Shown: positions 19,545 through 30,196 of the stretch, piece by piece
Position numbering within the stretch: the first letter of the stretch is position 1
How the letters are laid out: each line of letters opens with the position of its first letter
Source: Verrucomicrobiota bacterium
GTDB lineage: Bacteria; Verrucomicrobiota; Verrucomicrobiia; Limisphaerales; JAKPVM01
Assembly (NCBI GenBank): GCA_029572555.1
Contig: JAKPVM010000165.1
Span: 1 to 55,564 of the forward strand
Direction: 5' to 3'
Length of the DNA: 55,564 bases
Position numbers and translations under genes: made by a program
The notes under the pieces: model-generated
The model's input: the letters and a program-made list of their open reading frames with translations, nothing else
The model's database searches: none
What the model was told of the DNA's origin: nothing

Positions 19545-20552
19545 TTATGGGACAGGTAATTCGTCAAAAATTTTCTGAATTATAGTTTCGCTCGTCTTCT
19601 CTTCGGCTTCGGCTTCATAAGTAACAGTTACCCTATGTCTTAAAACATCCATACCAATACTCTTTACATCTTGCGGTGTTACATATCCCCTGCCTTTAAT
19701 AAATGCGTGGGCTTTTGCGGCAAGCGTCAAGCCTATTGTGGCGCGAGGTGAAGCGCCAAGTTGAATCATCCCCTGCAACTGAATCTTATATTTATCCGGT
19801 TCGCGTGTAGCGCAAACAATATCAACAATGTAGTCTTTAACCTTGTCATCAATGTAAATCTCGTTTATCAGTTTTCTTGCCTCTAAAATTTGCTTTGATT
19901 CAATCACCGGCGAGGCAACAGGCGGCTGCGATGTCTTTGCCATTAATTCCAAAATTTGCCTTTCCTCTTCTCGTTGCGGATAGGTAATCTTTAATTTTAG
20001 CATAAACCGATCAACCTGCGCCTCCGGTAGCGGATAAGTTCCCTCTTGTTCAATCGGATTTTGCGTGGCAAGAACAAGGAAAGGCTCTTCGAGTTTAAAA
20101 GAATTTTCACCGATAGTAACTTGCTTTTCCTGCATAGCCTCGAGCAATGCGCTTTGAACCTTTGCAGGTGCGCGATTAATTTCATCGGCAAGGACAAAAT
20201 TTGCAAAGATTGGACCTTTTCGCGTGCTGAATTGACCCGAGTGCGGGTTATAGACCTGCGTCCCAATCACATCAGCAGGCAACATATCCGGTGTGAATTG
20301 GATTCGCGAAAATTTTGCATTTATGCAAGAAGCAAGTGTTTTTACCGATAAAGTCTTTGCGAGACCGGGTACGCCTTCGAGCAAGATATGTCCATTTGCA
20401 AGCAGTCCAATTACTAACCGTTCGATTAAGTAGGTTTGTCCAATGATGACTTTGCTAATTTCATTAAACAATGGCTTTACAAAAGCCCCTACCCTCGAAA
20501 CTTCATTATTTATTTCTACAACGTCAGTTTTCATTCTTTGAAAAATAGACAA
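19545..20552 (-). CDS. moxR: MoxR-family AAA+ ATPase
   Basis: Walker A LLEGVPGLAKT, Walker B LADEINRA, and the motif ATQNPIEQEGTYPLPEAQVDRF typical of MoxR. Confidence 0.92.
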   Translation of the reverse strand: MSIFQRMKTDVVEINNEVSRVGAFVKPLFNEISKVIIGQTYLIERLVIGLLANGHILLEGVPGLAKTLSVKTLASCINAKFSRIQFTPDMLPADVIGTQVYNPHSGQFSTRKGPIFANFVLADEINRAPAKVQSALLEAMQEKQVTIGENSFKLEEPFLVLATQNPIEQEGTYPLPEAQVDRFMLKLKITYPQREEERQILELMAKTSQPPVASPVIESKQILEARKLINEIYIDDKVKDYIVDIVCATREPDKYKIQLQGMIQLGASPRATIGLTLAAKAHAFIKGRGYVTPQDVKSIGMDVLRHRVTVTYEAEAEEKTSETIIQKIFDELPVP

Positions 20553-20703
20553 ATGTTTTAAAACTTGTGTTCATTTTATTTGATTAGTTTTTAAGTTTAA
20601 AACAAAAAATTTAGTTCATTTATAAAAGTTGAGGAAATTAATTAAAGAAACATTATGGCAATACATCAACTATTGGAGGACAATAAATTCGTTAATGTTT
20701 TAA

Positions 20704-22602
20704 TTACATTGTCGTTTTCTTGATAACAACAAGCCAATCAAAAGATGAATCAGATGGAGGTTCACCGATGTTCACCTTATTCCCAGCAATCAATTGTTTT
20801 GTTGTTCTATAAGTTTTGCCAGACCGTGGATTAAACCAGAAAATATCAAATTTCCCATTTTCTTTGCTTAAATCAATCTCGCTATTTCCTCCATTGGGAA
20901 GATATACTAAATAAAGTTCTCCCTTCTTGTAAAAACAGTATCGGGTGTTATCGTTTTTTAAATTTCCAATAAGTCCATCCCCGTTTTCCATTTCCCAAAA
21001 TGGGATAGTTGAAAAAAACTCAAGGGCAATTCTGCAATAATCCCACGATTTATCTCGTGAACGCCAATTATCACAGTTTAAATCATTATCAGGAAACCTG
21101 TAACCGAAATAATATTCAATCCCTGTGCCACCAGCCATCAACGTACCCCACAGGGTATATTTTCTTATATCATCAATGGAATAATTTTTATTTCCGCTTT
21201 TTCCAATCCCATCAGAGCCTTTATAACCAGAATCAGGGGGCACTCCATATTCAGCAGGATTTTGTTCATCACAGGCAACAACCCATTGTTTGCCGACTCT
21301 TGCACTCTCTTTTACCCATTTTAACACTCGAAGGTGAGCAACATCATAACCATTCTGAAGCGAACAACCTGTCAACACGGATTGCTCACCTATAAGTTTT
21401 GAATATACCCTATCTTGCCAATCTGGATATGTATGAACAACAATGTGATGGTGATATGAATCGGTCTGATAAATATAATCTGCCATTGCTCGTTGTTCTT
21501 CTGGTGATTGTGTGTTCTCCTCGCCAAGATTCCAGTTTAGCGCAAGCAAGTGAGAAAAACGGGCGATAAGTTCTCTGCAATAAAGTTTCCTTTCAACACC
21601 AAGCGCTCCGCCATCGAGTGAAGCAGGGACAACTGTCGCCTTATTATGTCGGTTATCATCGTTTTCTGTTTCCTGCATTTTAAAATGAAGATAAAAGCCG
21701 AGAGCCTGAGCATAATCAAAAACTATCTGCCACTGGTCAAGTTTTGAACAATCGTAATGAAGTTTGTTCGTTGGATTTGTAAAGGGCCACACATCGTCTC
21801 CATCTCCACCAACATTATAGGTTAAAAACGAAAACACGTTACATCCTTTTGAAGAAAGGTAGTTAATGGCACCAATAATATTTTTCCCTTTATCATTTTT
21901 CCATACGGGATTGCCGGGCTTCCAGTCGTCCTTATGTGGTTCATATTTGTGCAGTCCTAATGATGTTGCCTCACCCGGGCGAGCCTGTTCATTGGCTTTT
22001 TTGCGCGAATAAGTATTGTCAAATTCATAGTAGGCAAGAAAATTTTCAGGCGCATCGGCGCCTGCTTTCAAGAAATATTCACCAGTTTCAGCAAATTGAA
22101 GATAACGTTTCCCAACATAATTAAGTCTGCCTTTTCCACGCAAATCGCGCCCGATTTTATCTGTTTTACTAACTTCAAAAGAACCATTTAAACCATTGCA
22201 ATCCTTAAACGATTCGCCGCTCAAATCATTATCCAACGCAACTAATTTTCCTTTAACAAACGAAACTTTATAAAACCATTTACCTTGCTTATCAGGACTA
22301 AAATGTGCGCGCCACTTGTTGCCTGAATCTAATGATGTATTGGCGGCGTTGCCATCGGCGGCAAAATAGCCAGGAATATTATAAATCGGACTTCCTGATT
22401 CGTGCTTGAATTCAACAACCATCCTGTAATCTGTAAATGGATTAGGCTCTGTATCTGTTTCACGCGCAAATGGACCATCAATTGTTAACGTTATCTTATG
22501 CCATTGTTTCAATTCCCCTGAAATCTCTATTCCCGACAAAAAATTGGTCAAAAATAAAAGAAAAATAATAGGGTACAAAATAGGCGGTAGTTTGTTTTTC
22601 AT
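20704..22602 (-). CDS. secreted DUF5060-domain / (beta/alpha)8 glycoside-hydrolase-like protein
   Basis: 632 aa with a signal peptide. The N-terminal pattern is WHKITLTIDGPFARETDTEPNPFTDYRMVVEF...GYFAADGNAANT...WRAHFSPDKQGKW, as in DUF5060. It is followed by a GH5/DUF4038-like barrel region. Confidence 0.6.
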   Translation of the reverse strand: MKNKLPPILYPIIFLLFLTNFLSGIEISGELKQWHKITLTIDGPFARETDTEPNPFTDYRMVVEFKHESGSPIYNIPGYFAADGNAANTSLDSGNKWRAHFSPDKQGKWFYKVSFVKGKLVALDNDLSGESFKDCNGLNGSFEVSKTDKIGRDLRGKGRLNYVGKRYLQFAETGEYFLKAGADAPENFLAYYEFDNTYSRKKANEQARPGEATSLGLHKYEPHKDDWKPGNPVWKNDKGKNIIGAINYLSSKGCNVFSFLTYNVGGDGDDVWPFTNPTNKLHYDCSKLDQWQIVFDYAQALGFYLHFKMQETENDDNRHNKATVVPASLDGGALGVERKLYCRELIARFSHLLALNWNLGEENTQSPEEQRAMADYIYQTDSYHHHIVVHTYPDWQDRVYSKLIGEQSVLTGCSLQNGYDVAHLRVLKWVKESARVGKQWVVACDEQNPAEYGVPPDSGYKGSDGIGKSGNKNYSIDDIRKYTLWGTLMAGGTGIEYYFGYRFPDNDLNCDNWRSRDKSWDYCRIALEFFSTIPFWEMENGDGLIGNLKNDNTRYCFYKKGELYLVYLPNGGNSEIDLSKENGKFDIFWFNPRSGKTYRTTKQLIAGNKVNIGEPPSDSSFDWLVVIKKTTM

Positions 22603-22611
22603 ATCTTGTTT

Positions 22612-23142
22612 TTAATCTCCGAATATTTCTGTAAAAATTCGCTTATAAGTCTCATACGTCTGTTTTCCAAAACAGACAAAAACGACTTTCTCAATCGTTT
22701 TATCCTTTTCCAAAAATGCCTTTGTCTCTTTCATTGCTATTCTTGTGGCTTCAGCTAACGGATAACCGTAAGCACCAGTGCTAATTGCAGGAAATGCAAT
22801 CGTCTTAACATTATTCTCAACAGCAAGTCTCAAACAATTCCGATAACAATTGGCGAGAAGTTCAGGCTCGTTGTATCTTCCATTTCTATAAACCGGTCCT
22901 ACCGCGTGGATAATGAACTTTGCTGGTAATTTGTAACCTCGGGTTATTTTTGCCTGACCCGTCGGGCAACCGCCAAGCGTCTTACATTCTTTTATCAGCT
23001 CCGGACCCGCTGCCCGATGAATCGCACCATCTACACCGCCACCACCAAGCAATGAATTATTTGCCGCATTTACTATGGCGTCAACCTTTTGTTTTGTTAT
23101 ATCTCCTTCAACAATTTCAACTCTGTTAGCTAAATCTTTCAT
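22612..23142 (-). CDS. macro-domain protein (ADP-ribose/O-acetyl-ADP-ribose hydrolase, YmdB-like)
   Basis: Contains DAIVNAANNSLLGGGGVDGAIHRAAG and FPAISTGAYGYP. Confidence 0.85.
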   Translation of the reverse strand: MKDLANRVEIVEGDITKQKVDAIVNAANNSLLGGGGVDGAIHRAAGPELIKECKTLGGCPTGQAKITRGYKLPAKFIIHAVGPVYRNGRYNEPELLANCYRNCLRLAVENNVKTIAFPAISTGAYGYPLAEATRIAMKETKAFLEKDKTIEKVVFVCFGKQTYETYKRIFTEIFGD

Positions 23143-23298
23143 AAATTCGGTGCTTTGTAATCTTTTACAAAACTATCCTTTTTCATACAATATCAAAGTA
23201 AAAAACTAAACGAGATTATTGCATTAAAGACCGTTGCCCCACTTAAGAGACATATTGACACATAGATATTAATCGCTGTTAATATAAAGTGCGTCATA

Positions 23299-23326
23299 TT
23301 GACACTTTACCAATATGGCATATTAT
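23299..23326 (+). promoter_or_regulatory. candidate sigma-70 promoter for hsp20
   Basis: TTGACA (23299-23304), a 16-nt spacer, then TATTAT (23321-23326). It lies about 190 nt upstream of the hsp20 ATG. Confidence 0.35.
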
Positions 23327-23521
23327 TTTTAAAATTCATAACTCATTGTGTATCAATATATTATAGTTAATAATAATTTCGGTATAACTCTTGCATAAGT
23401 AAACAAGTGATTGGTCGTCCAGCACAAAGGGTGTTGGACGCTGAATCAATCAACGGCAAATCTGCGAAAGGCGGCGCAGGATTTGCTAGGAAGATGGAAC
23501 CCCGCCGTGGAGGATTGGGCT

Positions 23522-23989
23522 ATGGCAATGACAAACGTAACTCGTTGGAATCCATTCCGTGAAATGGATGATTTAGAAAAACGGCTCAGCAGCTTATTTA
23601 ATTTTGCTTTTCCAACTCGTCAACAAAGCAGTGGCGATAAGGAAAGCATCACAGTTGCTGAGTGGACTCCTGCTGTGGATATCTCTGAAAACGATAAGGA
23701 GTATCTCATAAAGGCTGAATTACCGGAAGTTAAGAAAGACGAAGTCAAGGTCACCGTTGAAAATGGTGTCCTGAACATTACGGGTGAAAGAAAGTTTGAA
23801 AAAGAGGAGAAAGGCACGAAGTATCATCGGATTGAACGGGCTTACGGCTACTTTGCCCGCAGTTTCAGCTTACCGGAGGATGCTGACGCTGAAAAGGTTA
23901 ACGCTGAGTTTAAAGATGGCATCTTGACGATTCACGTTGCTAAATCCGAAAAAGCCCGTCCTAAACAAATTGAAGTTAAGGTATCATAA
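23522..23989 (+). CDS. small heat-shock protein (Hsp20/alpha-crystallin)
   Basis: Alpha-crystallin core WTPAVDISENDKEYLIKAELPEVKKDEVKVTVENGVLNITGERK...AEFKDGILTIHVAK. The ORF track starts at 23411 on a non-ATG codon. The ATG at 23522 is preceded by GGAGGA (23509-23514) and gives a normal sHSP length of about 155 aa. Confidence 0.85.
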   Translation: MAMTNVTRWNPFREMDDLEKRLSSLFNFAFPTRQQSSGDKESITVAEWTPAVDISENDKEYLIKAELPEVKKDEVKVTVENGVLNITGERKFEKEEKGTKYHRIERAYGYFARSFSLPEDADAEKVNAEFKDGILTIHVAKSEKARPKQIEVKVS

Positions 23990-24039
23990 CAAAGCTAAGT
24001 GGGTAGAATGTAAATCCGGGGTTACATAGCGGGAGATTA

Positions 24040-24067
24040 GAGGCGGGTCTACCCCGCCTCCTTTTTT
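24040..24067 (+). terminator. Rho-independent terminator after hsp20
   Basis: GAGGCGGG-TCTAC-CCCGCCTC followed by CTTTTTT. Confidence 0.75.
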
Positions 24068-24119
24068 AAAATAATGACTAATAATTTTAAAGGTCATAAA
24101 ATATCAATTGGAGCAATAT

Positions 24120-26744
24120 ATGGATCTCAATAAATTTACAGAAAAATCTCAAGAAGCGATAATGGAGGCTCAAAACATCGCAGTCCGAAACGAGCATCAG
24201 GCAGTGGATGCTGAGCATCTGTTATTGGCGCTTCTTGAACAAGAGAACGGGCTTATTCCAGATTTGTTTGAAAAGGCGGGTCTGTCTGTTCAGGTTGCGA
24301 AAGCCCGACTTCAAGACGAACTGAATAAACTTCCGCGTGTAAGTGGAACATCTCCCAGCGCTGAAGGTGTTTACATAACTCAACGGTTAAAACAAATACT
24401 GGTTCGCGCAATTGATGAATCTAAAAAATTGAAGGACGAATACGTTAGCGTTGAACATATTGTCCTATCAATGTTGGCTGAGCCTGCCACAACAGGTGTA
24501 GGGAGGGTGTTTAAGGCTATTGGACTTAGTCGTGATGCCTTTTTAAAAGTTCTTACTGAAGTCAGGGGAAACCAACGTGTAACAAGCGCCAATCCAGAAG
24601 CAACTTATGAGGCGTTGGAAAAATATGGTCGCGATTTAACCCGTCTTGCCCAGCAAAACAAACTTGACCCGGTAATTGGAAGGGACAACGAAATCCGCAG
24701 ATGCGTTCAAGTCCTTTCTCGCAGGACAAAGAACAATCCAGTGCTTATTGGTGACCCCGGTGTAGGAAAAACAGCAATTGTAGAGGGGCTTGCAAGACGT
24801 ATTGTCTCTGGCGATGTGCCGGATAGCTTAAAAGATAAACGAATCGTTGCACTTGATATGGGGGCATTGATTGCCGGCGCAAAGTTTAGGGGAGAATTTG
24901 AGGAACGGCTCAAAGCCGTCCTGCAGGAAGTTTCACGAGCGGCTGGGAATATAATTCTTTTTATTGATGAATTGCACACAGTTGTCGGCACAGGTAAGGC
25001 AGAAGGCTCAATGGATGCGGGGAATATGTTAAAACCTATGCTTGCCAGAGGCGAACTCCATTGCATCGGCGCAACAACTCTTGATGAATACAGAAAATAT
25101 ATTGAAAAAGACCCCGCTCTTGAGAGAAGGTTTCAACCAATTGTTGTTAATGAACCAACAGTTGAAGATACAATTTCTATCTTGCGTGGTTTGCGCGAAA
25201 GATATGAACTTCATCACGGTGTAAGAATTCAAGACTCTGCCCTTGTAGCCGCAGCCGAACTCTCACACCGATACATCTCGGACAGATTTTTGCCAGATAA
25301 AGCAATAGACCTTGTAGATGAAGCGGCGGCTAAATTGCGAACCGAAATGGAAAGTATGCCAGAAGAACTTGAACAACTTACCCGTCGCGTTACTCAACTT
25401 GAGATTGAACGGGAGGCTTTGAAAAAAGAAAAAGATGAAGTGTCAGTTCAGCGACTTAAAGCACTTGAGAAAGAATTGGCGAATCTCAAAAAACAACGCG
25501 ATGAACTTAAAGCGCAATGGGATTCAGAAAAAAACGTAATTACCGATTTAAAAAGATTACGAGAGGCAATTGAAATCGCCCGTAATGAGATGGAAAAAGC
25601 CCAAAGACGCGGAGATCTTGGGTTAGTCGCAGAATACAAATATGGAAAAATACCGACGTTAGAAAAACAATTGAAAGAACTCGAGGCAAAAATCGCCGGC
25701 ACAGATGGCAAACCGAGACTTTTACGGGAGGAAGTTACAAGCGAAGAGATTGCAGAGGTTGTCTCGCGCTGGACTGGCATCCCGGTTTCAAGATTAATGG
25801 AAGGTGAAAAAGAGAAATTGCTACGGCTTGATGAAGTGCTTCATCGTCGGGTTATCGGTCAGGATGAGGCAGTATCATCTGTTGCTAACGCAGTTATACG
25901 CGCTCGTTCAGGGCTTAAAGATCCGCGGCGACCTATTGGCTCTTTCATATTCCTTGGGCCAACCGGCGTAGGTAAAACTGAACTCGCAAGAGCGCTCGCA
26001 GAAGCCCTGTTTGATAGCGAGGAAAATATGGTGCGGATTGATATGAGCGAGTATATGGAAAAACATTCTGTCTCCCGATTAATCGGAGCACCGCCGGGCT
26101 ATGTCGGTTACGAAGAAGGCGGGCAACTAACTGAGGCAATTCGCAGACGTCCTTATGCAGTCGTTCTATTTGATGAAATAGAAAAGGCGCATCACGATGT
26201 GTTTAACGTTTTGTTGCAAATCCTTGATGATGGACGGCTGACAGATTCACAAGGTCATATAGTTGACTTCAAAAATACGATACTTATTATGACCAGCAAT
26301 ATCGGCAGTAACCATTTGATTGAAAGTGGTTCTCGCGACGGTACAATTCCGGAAAGGATTATCTCTCAGGTAATGAGCGAATTACGGACTAATTTCAGAC
26401 CTGAATTCTTGAATAGAATTGATGAGATTGTAATATTCAAACCATTAACTATAAAAGAGATAACAAAGATTGTTGATTTGCAGGTTGAATATCTGAAAAA
26501 GAGACTTGCAGATAAAAGAATTGAAATTGAACTTACGGATGCAGCAAAAGAATACATTGCCCGACAGGGATATGACCCGGTTTATGGCGCAAGACCATTA
26601 AAGCGGTTTATCCAAAGAAATATTGAAACACCGCTTGCAAGAAAACTTATCGTCGGAGAAATTCGGGATAATTCATTCATAAAGATTGAATTAAAAAACG
26701 GTGCATTATCATTCGATGTCGTCAGGATTAAAAAGATTGAATAA
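24120..26744 (+). CDS. clpB: ClpB disaggregase (class I AAA+ chaperone)
   Basis: Two Walker A boxes ([16 protein letters not shown]), a long middle coiled coil and the N-terminus [13 protein letters not shown]. The ATG at 24120 has GGAG 7 nt upstream, whereas the track start at 24108 is TTG. Confidence 0.95.
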   Translation: MDLNKFTEKSQEAIMEAQNIAVRNEHQAVDAEHLLLALLEQENGLIPDLFEKAGLSVQVAKARLQDELNKLPRVSGTSPSAEGVYITQRLKQILVRAIDESKKLKDEYVSVEHIVLSMLAEPATTGVGRVFKAIGLSRDAFLKVLTEVRGNQRVTSANPEATYEALEKYGRDLTRLAQQNKLDPVIGRDNEIRRCVQVLSRRTKNNPVLIGDPGVGKTAIVEGLARRIVSGDVPDSLKDKRIVALDMGALIAGAKFRGEFEERLKAVLQEVSRAAGNIILFIDELHTVVGTGKAEGSMDAGNMLKPMLARGELHCIGATTLDEYRKYIEKDPALERRFQPIVVNEPTVEDTISILRGLRERYELHHGVRIQDSALVAAAELSHRYISDRFLPDKAIDLVDEAAAKLRTEMESMPEELEQLTRRVTQLEIEREALKKEKDEVSVQRLKALEKELANLKKQRDELKAQWDSEKNVITDLKRLREAIEIARNEMEKAQRRGDLGLVAEYKYGKIPTLEKQLKELEAKIAGTDGKPRLLREEVTSEEIAEVVSRWTGIPVSRLMEGEKEKLLRLDEVLHRRVIGQDEAVSSVANAVIRARSGLKDPRRPIGSFIFLGPTGVGKTELARALAEALFDSEENMVRIDMSEYMEKHSVSRLIGAPPGYVGYEEGGQLTEAIRRRPYAVVLFDEIEKAHHDVFNVLLQILDDGRLTDSQGHIVDFKNTILIMTSNIGSNHLIESGSRDGTIPERIISQVMSELRTNFRPEFLNRIDEIVIFKPLTIKEITKIVDLQVEYLKKRLADKRIEIELTDAAKEYIARQGYDPVYGARPLKRFIQRNIETPLARKLIVGEIRDNSFIKIELKNGALSFDVVRIKKIE

Positions 26745-26747
26745 TCT

Positions 26748-27449
26748 ATGTTTCCACTAAAAGATGACATACCGGCGCGACGACTGCCGATTGTTACCAT
26801 GCTAATCATCGCATTAAATTGCGTGGTTTTTGTTATTGAACTGATGGCTGGTCGTCGCGTCGAAAATATATTTTTAATGTACGGTATTACACCTGCAAGG
26901 TACACAATTACGGATATTTCAGACTTATTTACCCTGCACGAACAAGCGATGCCTTTTTTATTTTCAATGTTTATACACGGCGGGTGGATGCATCTAATTA
27001 GCAATATGTGGACGCTATGGGTTTTTGGGGACAATGTGGAAGATAAACTTGGATCGTTTCGTTTTCTCATTTTCTATATCATTGGCGGAGTGGCTGCGGC
27101 AATTATGCATATCTTAACAAATGCTGACTCGCCGATCCCAACAATTGGAGCAAGCGGCGCTGTGGCAGCAGTAATGGGGGCTTATTTCAGGTTTTTCCCG
27201 AGTGCAAAGGTAATGACGATGATACCGCCATTTTTCCTCGGACCGTTCTTCAAAATTCCTGCGATTTTATTTCTTGGCTGGTGGTTCATATTGCAATTTT
27301 TTAATGGGACATTAACTCTTGCTGAAAACACAAAAATTGCTGCCGGAGTAGCCTGGTGGGCGCATATAGGCGGATTTTTGTTTGGTGTGTTTTTAAGCAC
27401 AATCATAATCCCAAAACAAAAAAGAGATAAAGACTGGGAATGGATATAA
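26748..27449 (+). CDS. rhomboid-family intramembrane serine protease
   Basis: Six or more TMs, HGGWMHLISNMW, catalytic GASGAV and AHIGGFLFG. It starts 3 nt after the clpB stop. Confidence 0.85.
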   Translation: MFPLKDDIPARRLPIVTMLIIALNCVVFVIELMAGRRVENIFLMYGITPARYTITDISDLFTLHEQAMPFLFSMFIHGGWMHLISNMWTLWVFGDNVEDKLGSFRFLIFYIIGGVAAAIMHILTNADSPIPTIGASGAVAAVMGAYFRFFPSAKVMTMIPPFFLGPFFKIPAILFLGWWFILQFFNGTLTLAENTKIAAGVAWWAHIGGFLFGVFLSTIIIPKQKRDKDWEWI

Positions 27450-27450
27450 A

Positions 27451-28371
27451 TCAGGCTTTCTTTTTATTTTTAATATTATCTTTTTTTAATATTTTTGGAT
27501 TTACATCGCTATAAAGAACCAGAGAATTGGGAGGAACACTATGCGTTAAAAAAACATTAGCGCCGATTGTGCTTCCAGCGCCAACAACTGTCTCTCCACC
27601 AACAATTGTAGCGCCTGCGTATAAGGTAACGTTGTCTTCAATTGTCGGGTGTCTCTTCTTGCCACGGAGGAGTTGTCCAGCAGATAAAGAGCGGGCAACA
27701 AGACCAACACCCTGATACATTTTTACATAATTTCCAATTATACTTGTCTCGCCAATAACGGTTCCGGTGCAATGGTCAACAAAGAAATGAGAACCAATTT
27801 TTGCACCCGGATGTATGTCTAACCCTGACCTGCTATGCGCCCATTCTGTCATAATTCTCGGAATAAGCGCAACACTTCTCAAATAAAGTTCATGGGCTAA
27901 TCGTTGGACGGCAATAGCCTCAATAAATGGATAAGCCACAATTACTTCCTCCTTACTTAATGCGGCGGGGTCGCCATTATAAGCGGCTTCGGCATCGGTC
28001 TGAAGTAATTCGCGGATCCTTGGAATCTGTTTTAAGAATTCAGATGTAATCTTATGTGCTTCACCTTTAATATCTTTCTCGTTTAATCCTTCTGGCGGGT
28101 AATACTCAAGGCTCTTGAATACCTCTTCCTCTAATCGTGTAGCAACAGATGATAGCAACATTGTGATTTGAGACTTAATTTCGGAGGAGTGAATCGCACA
28201 ATCATCGAAAAAGCCAGGAAATAAAAGCCGCAACAACCCACAGGTAATATCGGCAATTACGGTTTTTGATGGTAAATTTGTTCCATCAATATGATTAATC
28301 CCACCGACTTTATCGTAGGATATCATTAAATCATTGACAAGTTCATCTATGTTCATTTTTGTAAAAAGCAA
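27451..28371 (-). CDS. cysE: serine O-acetyltransferase (long EpsC/CysE type)
   Basis: Contains DIHPGAKIGSHFFVDHCTGTVIGETSIIGNYVKMYQGVGL plus further hexapeptide repeats and an N-terminal helical SATase domain. Confidence 0.8.
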   Translation of the reverse strand: MLFTKMNIDELVNDLMISYDKVGGINHIDGTNLPSKTVIADITCGLLRLLFPGFFDDCAIHSSEIKSQITMLLSSVATRLEEEVFKSLEYYPPEGLNEKDIKGEAHKITSEFLKQIPRIRELLQTDAEAAYNGDPAALSKEEVIVAYPFIEAIAVQRLAHELYLRSVALIPRIMTEWAHSRSGLDIHPGAKIGSHFFVDHCTGTVIGETSIIGNYVKMYQGVGLVARSLSAGQLLRGKKRHPTIEDNVTLYAGATIVGGETVVGAGSTIGANVFLTHSVPPNSLVLYSDVNPKILKKDNIKNKKKA

Positions 28372-28481
28372 ACAGCCTTCGAATTAAAAATCAATATACC
28401 ATTTCTCAAAATTAAAACAATAATCTATAGAATACACTAATGGGCAAAAAACAACTATTAGTTAATGAACAGGTTGGATAA

Positions 28482-29060
28482 TTACTTGCGCAAACGGGGT
28501 ACTACAGGTCGGATTGTTTGAGGTATTTCTACCCATACAGGAATTATAAAATTTTCAATAATATCATCATTATCGCCATTGTCATTTATCTGGTTCGGAC
28601 CATTGCTCCATATTTTAAAAAAGTAATAAGTCACAGATTCTCCAACCTCTGGAAATTGCTTAGCTTTTACAACTATGTTGAGCTCGTTGTTCCATCTATC
28701 AACAATATTTTCTGTTGTCTTCCAGTGAATAGGCGGTTCAACCATCTCAACTTTTAACATTTTACTATTAAAAATGGTCGGGTAAATTGCCTTTGCGCTA
28801 ACAATGAACTCTTCATCAGATAGCGGTTTAAATGGCAATTTATCTTTGTCTTCAAGGTATGTTTGTATTGCTGATGCGACCAGTTCGATATCCTTCCTTG
28901 TCTCAGAAATAGCATAAGCTTCTATCTTTTTGCGTGTCAAATAAGCTGAAGACAGCCAATAAGTAGCAAAAGCCAAAATACACCCGATAAGCAAAATAAT
29001 AAGGATCCTTAGCTTTGCCGTACCAACCGTCGCGACTCTTGATGTCACCTGTTTAGCCAT
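28482..29060 (-). CDS. hypothetical membrane-anchored protein
   Basis: 192-aa ORF with an N-terminal TM (LRILIILLIGCILAFATYWL). No motif recognised, and no prepilin G/FxxxE motif. Confidence 0.4.
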   Translation of the reverse strand: MAKQVTSRVATVGTAKLRILIILLIGCILAFATYWLSSAYLTRKKIEAYAISETRKDIELVASAIQTYLEDKDKLPFKPLSDEEFIVSAKAIYPTIFNSKMLKVEMVEPPIHWKTTENIVDRWNNELNIVVKAKQFPEVGESVTYYFFKIWSNGPNQINDNGDNDDIIENFIIPVWVEIPQTIRPVVPRLRK

Positions 29061-29144
29061 ATATTGTAACTCTATTAAGTTAAATCTTTCTATATTATAA
29101 ACATTTTTTAGTGTTTAGTTGCGCGATTGTTGAATAATAATTAT

Positions 29145-30161
29145 TCAAAAAAAATCCATCTTATTAATCTCCTCAAGGGATTGTAATTGAACAGTAATTG
29201 TCTTTTTTTCCGGTTTATCCGGGGAAATAACATTGAGCGTTGCCATCTCGCCTTTCTTAATTGACCGCAAAATTGCATAGAACTCGTCTCGCTTTTGAAC
29301 TTCTTTGTTATTGATGGAAATAATTAAATCGTCTTTTTTCAACCCAGCCTTTTCACTAACACCGTTTTTGGTGATTTTTACCACAACTACGCCCTTAGAG
29401 TTTTCCGGAAATTTCTTAATTAAATCTACGGATTGTTCCCAAAGTTCTTCAACCGCGCACTGTATTGAACTTGTGCTTGCGGACTTTTTATAAGTCAAAA
29501 GCCTTTTTATAGAATCTGGCGGTGCAACAAAAGCTAACCCCTGAAGTGCATCACCCAGGGTCATCATACCCGATTGAACGCCAACAATTTTGCCCGATTT
29601 ATCAATCCAACAACCGCCAGAAAATCCTTTTGGCGTGCCTCCCGCGATATGATACACGCGAACATAGTCCCCAAATATAGGTGAAAATTCGTACGTTAAA
29701 CCGCCTCTGGCAACCCATCCTGGCACAATGACGTTATGTCTAAATAAAGGCGCGCCTATCAGCCAAATCATTTCCCCGGGGGCAGGCAATTTATTGGCGC
29801 ATATAAAATAATTCTTAACATTCATATTTGTTTCTGGCTTTAACAAGGCAGTATCGTTGCCAATATCCGCTGCAAGGGGTTTTACAGAAAATCTTTTTCC
29901 CTCTGAATTAATTGCCTCTAACTTGCCTGCTGATTTTATAACATGGGCGGCGGTGATTATTTCTCCATATTGACTTGCAAACCAACCTGAACCCTGCAGA
30001 TGCCCATCTGCAAGTATCTCCACCGTTCCTTTAACATAACGGCTATATTTGTCAGCAGATAAACTATCATCTCCGTAACCTGTAAAATTTAATACAAAGA
30101 AAATTAAAATACTAAATTTTACATAGATATTATTTCCCGTTTTTGTCCAATGAATATTCAT
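29145..30161 (-). CDS. trypsin-like serine protease with PDZ domain (S1C/HtrA-like)
   Basis: Candidate triad contexts are ITAAHV, DTALL and KGFSGGCW. A C-terminal PDZ-like segment reads VVVKITKNGVSEKAGLKKDDLIISINNKEV. Confidence 0.7.
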   Translation of the reverse strand: MNIHWTKTGNNIYVKFSILIFFVLNFTGYGDDSLSADKYSRYVKGTVEILADGHLQGSGWFASQYGEIITAAHVIKSAGKLEAINSEGKRFSVKPLAADIGNDTALLKPETNMNVKNYFICANKLPAPGEMIWLIGAPLFRHNVIVPGWVARGGLTYEFSPIFGDYVRVYHIAGGTPKGFSGGCWIDKSGKIVGVQSGMMTLGDALQGLAFVAPPDSIKRLLTYKKSASTSSIQCAVEELWEQSVDLIKKFPENSKGVVVVKITKNGVSEKAGLKKDDLIISINNKEVQKRDEFYAILRSIKKGEMATLNVISPDKPEKKTITVQLQSLEEINKMDFF

Positions 30162-30196
30162 AATAAAACACCTGTTGAATGCCTACAATAAAAACC

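Noticed and set aside
23411-23521. N-terminal extensions in the ORF track for hsp20 (37 aa), clpB (4 aa, 24108) and pilM (6 aa, 44321).
   Set aside because: All begin at TTG or other non-ATG codons without an SD. Internal ATGs with GGAG or GGAGGA at proper spacing, or the first ATG, give canonical N-termini and lengths.
26582-27070. A 162-aa minus-strand ORF spanning the clpB-rhomboid junction.
   Set aside because: It is antisense to two confidently identified genes and has no motifs.
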